DNA of 64,000 nucleotides from Escherichia coli (GTDB lineage Bacteria; Pseudomonadota; Gammaproteobacteria; Enterobacterales; Enterobacteriaceae): NCBI RefSeq assembly GCF_009931435.1, contig NZ_CP043414.1; one strand, 5' to 3'. Shown piece by piece: positions 9,228 to 21,500 of this stretch (position 1 is its first letter; each line of letters starts with the position of its first letter). The notes under the pieces were generated by a model. It saw only the letters and a program-made list of their open reading frames with translations, ran no database searches and was not told where the DNA came from. The position numbers and the translations under genes were made by a program.

Positions 9228-10399
9228 CGTTCGCGCAACGCCTCCTGTGCTTTGTTAAAGGGTTTCAACAGATAATCCAGCACGCTTTTTTTGCCGGTGC
9301 GGATATCGACCGTCGCCACCATGCCGGGAAATATCGGAAACTGCTGTTTATGTTTATTTTCCAGATGGTTGCTGAAAGTGCGAATGTACACCCGATAGTA
9401 ATAAACATCGCGTCGCACTTCATCCTGCACGGTGTCTGGTGATATCACCGCCACTTCCCCCGGCAGGCCGCCGTAGATGGAGTAGTCGTAAGCGGTTATT
9501 TTCACCAGCGATTTTTGCCCCGGATGGATAAATGCCACATCGCGGGGGGAGATTTTTGCCTCGATCAGCAGTTGCTCATCCAGCGGCACGATGGTCATCA
9601 GTTTACCACCGGGGGCGATGACGCCGCCAACCGTGGTGACGTCAATGTCCTGAACAATGCCTCGCACCGGCGCGGTAAAGTTGAGCCGGGTGAGAGAATC
9701 TTCCCGCCCGCGGATCACCGAACGCTGGGTTTCCACTTCCGCATTGGCTTTCGCTAACTCTTCGCGCGCCTGAACGTAATATTGCGTGCGCACGTCGCTA
9801 AGTTTGTTTTCCAGTTCATTGGCCTGGCGTTGCAGGCGCAGCACTTCAACGCTGCTCGCCGCCCCCTGTTTCACCAGCGGCTGGGTCATCGCCAGTTCGC
9901 GGTTGACCAGGCTAATCCCCTGCGTCAGCCCGGTGGTGGCTTTGTTCAACCCGTCGCGGCGAGTGTTATATAACGCCGTTTCCGACTCGATAAGTTCGGG
10001 GAATTTATTCAGTTCGTCAGGAAAGACCAGCGGTTTATTGCTCACTTCTGCCCGCAGCCGCGCCGAGGTTGCCAGCGCCGCGTACAGCCGCGACATCGCT
10101 TCCTGGACGTCGGATTCCGTTTTGGTGCGGTTAAGCTGCGCCAGCGGCTGCCCCTGTTCGACAATATCGCCAACCTTCACGTCGAGATGATACAAAATCC
10201 CGCCTTCCAGCGACTGCACCACCTGTTCGCGTCCAGAAGGTTCTACCGTGCCGCTGCCGGTGGTGACTTCATCAAGCTGGAAGTACCACGCCCAGCCGAG
10301 AAAACAGAGCAGCATCACAGCGGTAACGCGCACCGCCAGCGCCGAACGTGGCAGGCGGGGTTCAGTCAGGCCACGGTTGTATTGCAGTTGTCCGTTCAT
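9224..10399 (-). CDS. Type I secretion periplasmic adaptor (HlyD/membrane-fusion family)
   Basis: 391-aa ORF with an N-terminal membrane anchor, long coiled-coil segments and a C-terminal beta domain typical of HlyD/LapC-type adaptors. Overlaps the upstream ABC gene by 4 nt and cueR by 4 nt. Confidence 0.8.
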
Positions 10400-12558
10400 G
10401 CGGCAGACCCCTTATTCTTCTCCTGCAACACCACGCGTCGCGTCGTGGGTTCGCCTTGTTCACGCAAAATAGCCTCTTTCGCGCCATCCATCACAATGCG
10501 CCCCTGATCCATCACGATTATCCTGTCAACCAGTTGCAGCATCGCCGTGCGGTGAGTGGCGATGACCAGCGTGCGATGCCCAATCCACTGTTTTAGTTGT
10601 TCAATTAAATACGCTTCCGCCATTTCGTCCAGCGAGGCGCTGGGTTCGTCGAGCAGGACGATATTGGGTTGAGAGATGAGCAGCCGCGCCAGCAGCAGCG
10701 TTTGCCGCTGGCCGCCAGAAAGACCAAATCCCCCTTCCTGAATCATGTAGTTAAGGCCGTTTTTCTGCTTCTGCACAAAGGGCAGCGCCCCGCTGAGGGT
10801 TAACGCGCGTTCGATATCTTCATCGCTGGCTTCTGGCATCCCCATGGTGAGGTTTTCCCGCAGCGAACCGAAGAACAGTCGCCCGGTCTGGCTGAGCAGC
10901 CCCATGTCGCGGCGCAGATCCGCCGGATCAAGCTGCCCGATGCTGATGTTATCCAGCAGCACCTGCCCCTGCTGGGCGATACGCATTCCGGCGAGCATTT
11001 GCAGTAGCGTTGATTTACCCGCGCCGTTGCGCCCGAGAATGGCGATTTTCTCTCCGGCCTGAATGTTGAGTTTGCCGATCGCCACATCGGCAATCTTCTC
11101 TTCTTCGTCGTAATAAAACACCGCGTTGCTGAACTGATAATTGCCGTGCAGCACTGCTTTATGCACCAGTTTGCCGTGTTCCGGCTGATCCACCGGGCGC
11201 TTCATCAGTTCATCAAGCCCGTTACGCGCCACTTTCGCCTGCTGCCAGCGCGAAAGCACGCCGGATATCTGCGACAGCGGCGCAATGGTGCGCGAAGCCA
11301 GGATCGTCGTCCCCACCAGTGCGCCGGTGGTCATGTCGCCGTTCATCACCATGAAGCAGCCCACCAACAGCACCACCACATAGACGATGGATTGCACTTC
11401 CTGCGTCCAGGTGAGCAGCAGCCCGGTGAGAAAACGTTGCTTCATACTGATGGACGAGGCCACGTCGTTGGTGTGATTCCACTGATTCTGGAAACGCTGT
11501 TCGGCACGCAGCAGTTTAATGTCTTCAATCGACTGCACGGCCTCGACAAGCGTAGCGTTGCGTACCGCTGACTCGCGCATCCCTTCGTTCGCCAGCCGCG
11601 CCAGCGGGCGTTGCACCAGCAGGCCGGGGATCACCAGCAACGGCAGCGCCAGCAAAACCACCAGCACCAGCCAGCCGCCGATCATCCACAAAATAAAAAC
11701 AAACAGCAGGAAGAACGGCAGATCCGCCACCGCGCCGATGGTGGTAGAAGTGATCAGTTCCCGCACCGATTCCAGTTCGCGGATCTGTGAGATAAACGAT
11801 CCGGTGGATTTCGATCGCACGTTATTTTTCAGCCGTAATGCGTGACCAAACACGCGATCCGAAATACGCAGATCTGCCCGCTTACCAATCACATCGGAAA
11901 GGTGCGTGCGCACCATTCGCATACAGAACTCAAACAGGATCGCCATCATCACCCCGGCGAACAGCACCCATAGCGTCGGGTAGGACTGCGCCGGAACCAC
12001 CCGGTCGTAAACCTGCATCGAGAAAATCATCGCCGCCAGCGCCAGCACGTTCGCCACCAGCGAGGCCAGCATAATATCGCCGTAGCGCCGCCAGTCTTTT
12101 AGCGAAAGATTCCAGAACCAGTTCGCCTGATACGGGCGAATATAGTCATCCACCCGCGCATCGGGAATTGCGCTGAGCGGGCGCAGCAGCGCCAGTTCGA
12201 CGATTTTATCTTCAATATCCGCAACATTTAGCGTGGTTTCCAGCCCTTCGTCACCGCTGAACTGAACGCTGATATTGTCGTGGCTGTCGCGGCGGGTGAT
12301 CACGCCAATCTGTTGATTATCAAACACCGCGATCAGCGGCAGCCGCCACGGGTTAAGCGAGTCGGCGGAAAATTCCACCAGCCGCAGCCCCATCCCTAAC
12401 TGCCGCGCCATATCAGTGAGTAACTCTTCCCGTTTGCTGTCGCGCTCCCAGTTGACGGTCGCGCGCACGTTCTCCTGGGAAAAATCGAGGCGGTAATAAC
12501 GCGCCACGGCGATCATCGCCTCCAGCCAGGCTTCCACGGACTGGGCATTTTTTTTCAT
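10396..12558 (-). CDS. Type I secretion ABC transporter (ATPase/permease with N-terminal C39-like domain)
   Basis: 720-aa ORF: N-terminal ~130-aa peptidase-C39-like domain, six-helix transmembrane domain, Walker A GRNGAGKST, signature LSGGQRQ, Walker B ILLDEPSASLD. The stop sits 3 nt after the adhesin stop. Confidence 0.85.
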   Translation of the reverse strand: MKKNAQSVEAWLEAMIAVARYYRLDFSQENVRATVNWERDSKREELLTDMARQLGMGLRLVEFSADSLNPWRLPLIAVFDNQQIGVITRRDSHDNISVQFSGDEGLETTLNVADIEDKIVELALLRPLSAIPDARVDDYIRPYQANWFWNLSLKDWRRYGDIMLASLVANVLALAAMIFSMQVYDRVVPAQSYPTLWVLFAGVMMAILFEFCMRMVRTHLSDVIGKRADLRISDRVFGHALRLKNNVRSKSTGSFISQIRELESVRELITSTTIGAVADLPFFLLFVFILWMIGGWLVLVVLLALPLLVIPGLLVQRPLARLANEGMRESAVRNATLVEAVQSIEDIKLLRAEQRFQNQWNHTNDVASSISMKQRFLTGLLLTWTQEVQSIVYVVVLLVGCFMVMNGDMTTGALVGTTILASRTIAPLSQISGVLSRWQQAKVARNGLDELMKRPVDQPEHGKLVHKAVLHGNYQFSNAVFYYDEEEKIADVAIGKLNIQAGEKIAILGRNGAGKSTLLQMLAGMRIAQQGQVLLDNISIGQLDPADLRRDMGLLSQTGRLFFGSLRENLTMGMPEASDEDIERALTLSGALPFVQKQKNGLNYMIQEGGFGLSGGQRQTLLLARLLISQPNIVLLDEPSASLDEMAEAYLIEQLKQWIGHRTLVIATHRTAMLQLVDRIIVMDQGRIVMDGAKEAILREQGEPTTRRVVLQEKNKGSAA

Positions 12559-12561
12559 TCT

Positions 12562-15500
12562 CTACACCACCATCAACTGATGATTCGCCAGTAAGGTGGC
12601 GAGGTCGGTATGCACGCCCGTCAGCGTGACCACGTTAGTTGTCGCAAAGCCGCCGCCCGTGCCGTCACGGTCGATCTGCACGATGGTGTCGCTGCCGCTC
12701 TGGGTAACTTTGACAAAATCACCGATGTTTCCGGCCTGCGCATCCAGCGTTGCCACACCGTTGACATAGCTGGCTTTGCCGTTTCCGGTGTAGCCGCTGC
12801 CCTGTAACAGTTCACGAATATCTATGCGATCGGTGTCGGCGGTGCCTTCCCAAGTGCCTACCGTAAAGCCATTCACCACGTCCGAACCGTTGCCCCCGGT
12901 GGCGTCACTGGCGCTGAGCAGTTTATAGAGCAAGGTGTCATGGCCGCCGTTGCCGATGTTGAGCGTGTCGTTGCCGCCGCGCCCTTCCAGTTGGTTATCG
13001 CCGCTGCTGCCGGTCAGAGTGTCATTAAAATTCGAGCCGGAAATCCCTTCGATATTGGTAAATGTCGAGGTATTAAAACCGGTGGCCTGGGCGGTAGTGA
13101 CGCTTAAGTTAGCGGTGACGCCCACCGTTGAGAGACGGAAATCGACCACGTCCATGCCGCCGTTCGCAAGCCACGTTCCGGTGCCGGAGCTGTACACCCA
13201 GCCGCCGGAGCCGTCGTAGGTGTCGGTGCCTGCGGTGGCGAAGAAGGTGTCGTTATAGCCAGTGCCGACAAACTTGCCGTTGTTGCTCGCCGTACCTGCT
13301 TCAGCACTGAGGTCGTAAGCGTGAGTAGCATCGGTGGCCTGTAAGCCGCCCCAGCTGGTATTCACCGTCTGGTCGATATTGCTGGCGGTAGTGCCGGTGG
13401 ATTTGATCAGCACCGCGTTGTAGGTTTCTCCCGCGTTAAGTCCGTAGAAGTTGACCAGCGCCGAGGTGTCGTTAACGCCCATCCCCGACTGCGGGTTGAT
13501 GATTTGTGTGGCAACCAGCACGCCCGCCGAGTTGTACAGCTTCACGGTATTGCCGTAATAGACGTTAATACCGTTAGGATCGGTGATACGCAGGTGCAGC
13601 GAGGTGCCGTAGCTCACCGTGTTAGTGTTACGGATCAGGAACACGCTGCCCGACTGTTTGGTTACCAGCACATCCACCGCGCCGTCCCAGTCGTAGTCCA
13701 TTGCCGCCACGCCGCTGGTGGTGCCGCTCTGGCTGCCACCGAGTGCCGATTGTGTCCAGTTACTGGCGTTACTGACGTTGGTATAAAGATACGACTGCCC
13801 GGTCTGGGCGATACGGGCGATGTCCATTAACCCGTCATGATCCCAGTCGACGGCCAGGCTGAATTGACTGGCGTAGGTGGTTGCCGTCGCGCCGACCGCC
13901 ACCGGGCTACCCAGCACGCCGTTGGTGTTGAATAACAGCGAGCCGTAGTTAGCTCTTCCCTGGCTGGCGGGCAGGAAGAGATCCATATCGCCGTCACCAT
14001 CGAAATCGGCCCATGTCATGGAAACGGATGTCGAGTTCCCCCCCGAGCCGGGACTACTGAGGAAAGTATTGACGGTGTTTTGTCCCCAGACGAAGGTGCC
14101 ATTGCCCTGACTTATCAACGATGAGAGGGTGAAGTTGTTGTTCAGGTTGAAAGTGTGCTGAACCAGATCAATTCTGCCGTCATTGTTCAGATCGACACCG
14201 GAACCTTCGTTGAGTGACAGATACCCCGTCACCGCCCCACCGACCGTAGCACTCCCCCCGTTATTAGCAGTGGTCGAGTTGCCTGTCAGGGTGCCGGCGT
14301 TGTTCCACAGGAAAGTGTTGGAGTCCGGCCCCCCGGCGTCGCCAATCCAGAAATCAAGATAACCGTCGCCCTCTTTATCAAACGCCACAATCGAGCCATA
14401 CCACGTCAGGGTGCCAACGTTCACCTGGATGGCGCTGGAAAACGTACCATCGCCGTTATTAGTAAAGCCGTTGATATACCCCGTGCCGTAGTCATCACGG
14501 GTAATAAACAGATCGCCCGTACCGTTACGGTTGTAATCGGCGATGGAGCTGGTGGCATAGTTGTTGCCACTTTGCACCAGCGTCAGGGCGGTTTTCGACC
14601 AGGTGAGCGGATCGGTGGATTGCATAATTTGCTGGTTGGCCAGCACTGTCCACATCCCGTGTGTGTCGAGGCCGTAGGTCAGCCCCCATGCGGTGGATTT
14701 GCTGGCGGTGGTCCAGGTCGGTGTGTAATCAATCGCTGCGTTAACCGTTACCGTGCCAGTGCTGACGTTAGCGGTGTTACCGTTACCCGCCGAGCTTTTC
14801 ACCTGCGCGGTGACGTTATAGGCGGTCGCAGACGCCGCCAGCGCGTCGGTATCCGGCAGTTGCACATACCAGGTGTTGTGCGCCGGATCGACCACCACCG
14901 CACCGCCCGGCTGCGAGGTGTAGGTTTTGCCGTTGATCACCACTTCAACATACTGTCCGCTGGCGAGTGCCGCGGTGAGTACGCCGCTGATAATCGGCGT
15001 GGTATCGCGTGTGGTTTGATTGGTGATTTGCGCAAGCGTCGTCGGAATAGAGGTATCGACCGTCAGAACAAAATCGCTGGAGGAGGTGATATTCCCCGCC
15101 AGATCCACCACACGCGCACTGTAGGTATAGGCACCGCTGACCAGACCACTGTCGCTGTAAGTCCAGTTCAGCGCGCCGACCATCGTTACCGCACCTAACA
15201 GCAGACCGTTACGGTAGAGGTAAACGACTTCACCGCTGGCAAGCGGCGCAGAGAGCACGCCATTGAGCAACGGCGTGGTGTCGTCGGTGGCCTGCGAATT
15301 GCTAAACGTCCCCTGCCGCTGCCCGACATCATCGGTATACGACACAATGGTCGGCGTGGCGGTGGGGTTAATCGTATCGACCACCACCGTTTTCGATACC
15401 ACCGGGCCTGTATTTCCCGCCAGATCCAGCACCCGTACCTGATAAATGTAGCTGCCGTCGGTCAGCGTGCGGCTGTCAGTGTAAGTCCACTGCGTACCGT

Positions 15501-18500
15501 TGGTGGTGAGCGTGGTCCAGGTCGCGCCGCCATCGAGGCTAATCTGCGCCACTTCGCCGCTGGCAAGCCCCGCCCCCAGCGAACCGGTCAGCGTGAGCGT
15601 GGTATCGCTGGTGATAAAGTCGGTGGCCGAACTCCCCGTATCGGTGCTGATGCTGGCGATGGTGAGCACCTGCGCCGGGTTAACGGTGTCAATCTGCGCC
15701 GACTGGCTGCCGGTTGCGCCAACGTTGCCCGCTAAATCAACCACCCGCACCTGCCAGGTGGTGGTGCCGTTGGTCAGCGTACGCCCGTCCACATATGTCC
15801 AGTTCAGACCGTCTGCGGCAACGGTCACGTTCACCCAGGTTGCGCCGTTGTCGGTACTGATTTGCGCGAACTCATTAGCGCCGAGCGCCGCGCCCAGCAC
15901 GCCGCGCACGGTAAGCGTGGTGTCGCTGGTAATAAAATCGCTGCTGCTGGCTCCGGTGTCATCGCTGATACCGGTAATAGTGATGCTTTTCGCCGCTTCC
16001 GGGCTGATGGTGTCAACCACCACGTTTTGCGTCGCGGTCTGCCCGACATTCCCCGCCAGATCCACCACCCGCACCGTGTAGTTCCATGTGCCGTCGGTGA
16101 GCGTGCGACCATCGGCATAGCTCCAGCTGGTGCCGATAACGGTTAACGTAGTCCAGGTAACGCCACCATCAAGGCTGATTTGCGCCCGTTCATCTGCCGC
16201 CAGCGCCGCGCCGAGCGTCCCGCGCACGGTCAGCGTAGTGTCACGGGTCACAAAATCGCTGCTGCTTAACCCGGTGTCATCGCTGATGCCCGCAATGACG
16301 ATGGTTTTGCTCGCCAGCGGCGCGGTGGTATCCACGGTGACTATCTGGCTGGCGGTCGCGCCGATATTTCCGGCGGTGTCGATCACCCGTACCTGATAGT
16401 TGTAGTTACCGTCGGTCAGCGTGCGCCCGTCAAGATAAGTCCAGGTTAATCCATTTACCGCCAGATTCTGCCAGGTGGTGCCGCCATCGATACTGATTTG
16501 CGCAAACTCACCAGCAGAGAGCGCCGCGCCGAGCGTACCACTCACCGCAAGCGTCGTGTCGCTGGTGACAAAATCATTAGTAATCAGACCTGTATCGGTG
16601 GTGATCGCGCTAATGGCGATGGTTTTCACCGCGGGATCTGGCGCAGTAGTGTCGATCACCACATTCTGGCTATCAGTCGCCCCGACGTTGCCCGCCGCAT
16701 CAATCACCCGCACCTGATAGAGATAGTTACCATCGGTCAGCGTGCGGCTGTCGTTATAGCGCCAGGTCGTGCCAGTAACGGTAAGCGTGCTCCAGGTTAC
16801 ACCGCCGTCGATACTGATTTGCGCCGTCTCGTTACTGGCAAGCGCGGCGGTGAGTGAGCCGTTGACCACCACCGGGCTGACGCTGGTGATAAAGTCGCTG
16901 GCGCTAAGGCCAGTGTCGGCTTGCAGGGAATCAATATTAATGCCCATCGCCGGGGCGCTGAGATCGACGGTAATGGTGTGATTGCTGCTACCGATGTTGC
17001 CAATGGCATTGCTCACCGAAGCGTTAATCACATAGGCATTGCCGTCCGCCAGCGCGGTGACATCGGCGCTGCCGAGGGTGTAGCTCCAGCTACCACCGGT
17101 CTGTACCGTGGTGGTGTAGGTTTTGCCATTTAAGGTCAGGGTCAGCGTCTGCCCGACCGGTGCGGTCGTGGTGCCGCTGATAACCAAAGACGCGCCGTGT
17201 TCCGCCGCGTTCACTACATCATCGCCCGCAAGGGTGTTAATGGTGACGGTGGGGACGTCGCCATTCAACGTCACGCCACGGCTGGCGCTACCGGGGTTTC
17301 CGGCCTGATCGCTGACCGTCGCGCTGATGATGTAGCTGCCGTCGCTTAATCCGGCAAACTGCTGCGCCGGAATAAATACCGACCAGCTTCCGCCACTGCC
17401 GACCGTTGCAGTCCAGCTCTGTCCGTTAAAGGTGACGGTGACAGTCTGACCTACTTCGGCGGTGGTGGTGCCGCTGATAGTCTGCCCGGCAAGCTGTTCG
17501 GCGTTGTTGATAATATCGTCACCCGCCACCGTAGCGATGGTGACCGTCGGCGCAACGGTGTCAACAGTCAGGGCGTGCGTGGTTTGACCGGGGTTACCCG
17601 CACGGTCGTTCACACTGGCGGTGATGGTCTGCGCGCCTTGCCCGAGTGCTGCCAGATCCGCCACAGGCACGTTCAGCGCCCAGGTGCCATTGGCGGCAAC
17701 CGTAGCGGTATAGGTTTTGCCGCCAAAGGTGACAGTGACCGTCTGTCCCACTTCCGCGCTGGTCGAGCCGTTAAGGGTTAACGGCTGCTGCTGTTCGGCG
17801 GCGTTGAGTCGATCGTCCGTCGAAACGGTGTTGATGCTGATAACCGGCGCGGTGAGATCTACCGCCACGCTGCGCGAGGCCGTGGCGCTGTTTCCTGCGC
17901 TGTCCTGGGCGGAGGCGCTAACCGTGTAGCTGGTGCCATCCGCCAGTGCCGCGACGTCTGCCGCCGACACATTCACGCTCCAGCTCCCGTTGTTCTGAAT
18001 GGTGGCGCTGTAGCCCTTGCCATTAAGCAACACGGTCACCACCGTGCCTGTCGCGAAATTAGTGCCAGTGCCGCTCAGGGTCAGCGCACTGCCTGCTTCG
18101 GCGGCGTTAATAATATTATCGCCACTGATGGTGCTGACTGAGAGCGACACCACCGCCGTATTGACCTGCACGTTGTGCGTCTGCGTGCTGCTGTTGCCTG
18201 CGCTGTCGGTGATGGTGGCGCTGATGGTCACCGTGCCGTCTGCAAGGCCGGAAACCACGTTGGCTGGCACGCCAACGCTCCAGTTGCCGCTGGCATCGGT
18301 GCTGGTGACATACTGCTGCCCGGCGATGGTCACCACCAGGCGGTCACCCGCCACCGCGCCCGTGGCGGTGCCGCTGATAATCTGCGCCTGAGAGTGTTCG
18401 ACGTTGTTAATCACGTCATCGCCTGCCACGGTGTTGAAGCTGATGACGGGCGCGGTGGTATCGACGGTGACGCCTTTGCTGGCGCTGCCAGGGTTACCCG

Positions 18501-21500
18501 CCAGATCGCTGACCGTGGCGGTCAGGGTGTAGCCGTTATTGGCAAGTGCGGTTAAGTCACTGGCAGGCAGCGTTAAGCTCCAGCTGCCGTCTGCCTGCAC
18601 CGTGGTCTGGTAGTTAGTGCCGTTTAGCGTGACGGTGAGCGTTTGCCCGGTTTCCGCGGTGCCGGACACCGTGACGCCCGCCGCCGCTTCGCTGGCGTTG
18701 ATGATGTTATCGCTGGCAATGGTGTTGATGGTCACCGTTGGCGCGGCGCTATCGACGCTGTATTCATGCGTTGCCGTGGCGCTGTTGCCGTTGACGTTAG
18801 TCACCCGCACCTGGGCGCTGGCATCGCCGTCACGCAGAGCCGCCAAATCCGCAGTCGGAACGGTGGTGCTCCAGCTACCGTTTGCCGCCACCGTGGTGGT
18901 GTAGGTTTTGCCGCCAAAGGTAATAGTAACGGTTTGCCCCGCTTCGACGCCGGACGTGCTGCCGGAAAGCGTTAGCGCCGCGCCTTTTTCGGCGGCGTTA
19001 ATCACATCATCAGGGGTAATAGCGTTAATGCTGATGGCAACGGTAGTGAGATCAACGCTCACCGGATGGATAATGCTGGTTTGCGTTCCGGCACTGTTCG
19101 CGCCGCTAACGCTAATATTCAGCGTTCCCGCAGGCCAGTTACTGACATCCGCCGCCGGAACGCCGACGCTCCAGGTGCCGTTCGCCAACACCGTGGCGGC
19201 ATAAGTTTGGTTATTTATCACCACGGTCAGCGCCGTGCCTGCCGTAAAGCCGGAGCTGCTCCCGGTAATCACCTGCGCCTGAGCGTGTTCGATGATATTG
19301 ACCACATCATCGCCTGCGACGGTATCCACCCGCAGACCGGGCAGACTGGCATCGATGGTGATATCACGCATGCCGCTGCCGGTGTTGCCAACGGCGTTGG
19401 TCACCGAGGCATTAACCGTTAATTCACCGTTACCTAACGCCTGCCAGTCAGCGGCTGGTACGCTTACATTCCAGCTTAAATCAGCCTGGATGGTGGCGGT
19501 GTAAGTTTTACCACCCAGTTCAACGGTGACGGTGCTGCCCGCCGCCGCACCGGTTACCTGGCCGCTGATAGTTTGCGCGCTGCCCGCCTCTGAAGCGTTG
19601 ATAATATCGTCCATCGCCACCGGATTAATGGTGACGCCCGGCAGCGCGGTATTGACCTGTACGTTATGGCTGGCGGTGCTGCTGTTGCCCTGGGCGTTGG
19701 TGACGCTCGCCGTCACGCTATATGTCGCTTCGCCCAGTGCACTGACCGCCGAGGCAGGCACGGTAACGCTCCAGTTGCCGGAGGCGTCGGTAGTGGCGCT
19801 GTAGTTTTGTCCATTCAGCGTGACGGTGATCGCCGTGCCCGCAGGCTGATCGCTGGTGCCGGAAAGCGCCAGATTCGATCCTTTTTCCGTCGCGTTGATC
19901 ACGTCATCGCCCGCGATGGTGTTGATGCTAATCGCTGGCGCGGTGAGGTTAACGGTGACGGTTCGGCTGGCGTCGTCGCTGTTGCCCGCCCGATCGCTGA
20001 CGCTGGCGGTGATGGTCTGTGCGCCGCTACTGAGTGCCGCAACATCCGCTGCTGGAACGCCAACGCTCCAGTTACCGGAGGCATCCAGCGTCGTGGTATA
20101 TGTTTTGCCATTGAGCACAACGCTCACCACATCGCCCGCTTCCCCGCCCGTACTGGTACCGGAGATCACCAGCGCCTGGGCGTGTTCGGCGTCGTTAAGG
20201 ATGTCATCGCCCGCCACGGTGTTAATGGTGAGAACCGGCGCGGTGGTGTCTATCGCCAGATTATGGCTGGCGCTGCCGGGGTTGCCCGCTTTGTCGTTGA
20301 CCGTGGCGCTGACAGTGTAATTGCTTGCAGTCAGAGCGCCCAGGGCTGAAGTGGGAACGCTGACGCTCCAGCTACCATCCGCCTGTACAGTGCCGCTGTA
20401 GGTTGCACCGTTAAGAGTGACGGTGACCGTCTGCCCGGTTTCGGCGGTGCTGGTACCGCTGATGGTGAGCGGGCTTCCGGCCTCTGTGGCGTTAAGGATA
20501 TCGTCGCTGGCGATGGTGTTTATGGTGAGCGTCGGTGCGCTGGCGTCAACGCTATACGCATGGGTCGCCGAGGCGCTGTTGCCGCTCGCGCTGCTAACGC
20601 TGGCCTGTACATTCGCCGCGCCGTCTGGCAGAGATGCCAGATCTGCCGCCGGAACATTCACGCTCCAGCTTCCGTTGGCGGCGATGCTTGCGGTGTAGGT
20701 TTTGCCGCCAAAAGTGACGGTGACGGTTTGCCCGTTTTCAATCCCACTGGTGCTGCCAGAAAGGGTCAGATTGGTGCCTTTTTCGGCGGCGTTAATCACG
20801 TCGTCGCTGGCAACGGTGTTGATGCTGATTGCCACCGCCGTTAAATCGACGGTGAACGGATGGCTGACGCTGACCGGGTTTCCGGCGCTGCTCTGGCCTG
20901 TTACGTCAACGGTTAACGGCCCCGCAGGCCATGCACCGACGCTTGCTGCTGGAATGCCGACGCTCCAGCTCCCGTCTGCCTGTACCGTGGCAGAATAAGC
21001 CACACTGTTGATGGTAACCGTCAGCACAGCACCTGCATTCAGGCCACTACTGCCACCAGCGATCACCAGTGCCTGACCATGCTCGATGCTGTTGACGATA
21101 TCATCGCCCGCCACGGTATCCACCCGCAGCCCCGGCAGGTTGGCATCAATGGTGATATCCCGCGTGCCGCTGCCGGTGTTGCCATTCGCGTTGGTGACCG
21201 AGGCGGTAATGGTCAAATCACCATTTCCCAGCGCCTGGAGATCGGCTGCCGGAACGCTGATACTCCAGCTTAAGTTGCCCTGTACCGTGGTGGTGTAAGT
21301 GTTGCCGCCCAGCGTGACGGTAACCGTATCGCCAGCGGCGGCGCGGGTCACCCCCCCGCTGATGGTTTGATCGGCCCCGGCTTCGGCGGCGTTGATAATA
21401 TCGTCGCCTGCCACGGTATTGATGGTGACGCCTGGCAGGCCGCTGTCGACCAGTAAATTCGCCTGGCTGCTGGCGGTGTTGCCTGCCGCACTGGTGGCGC

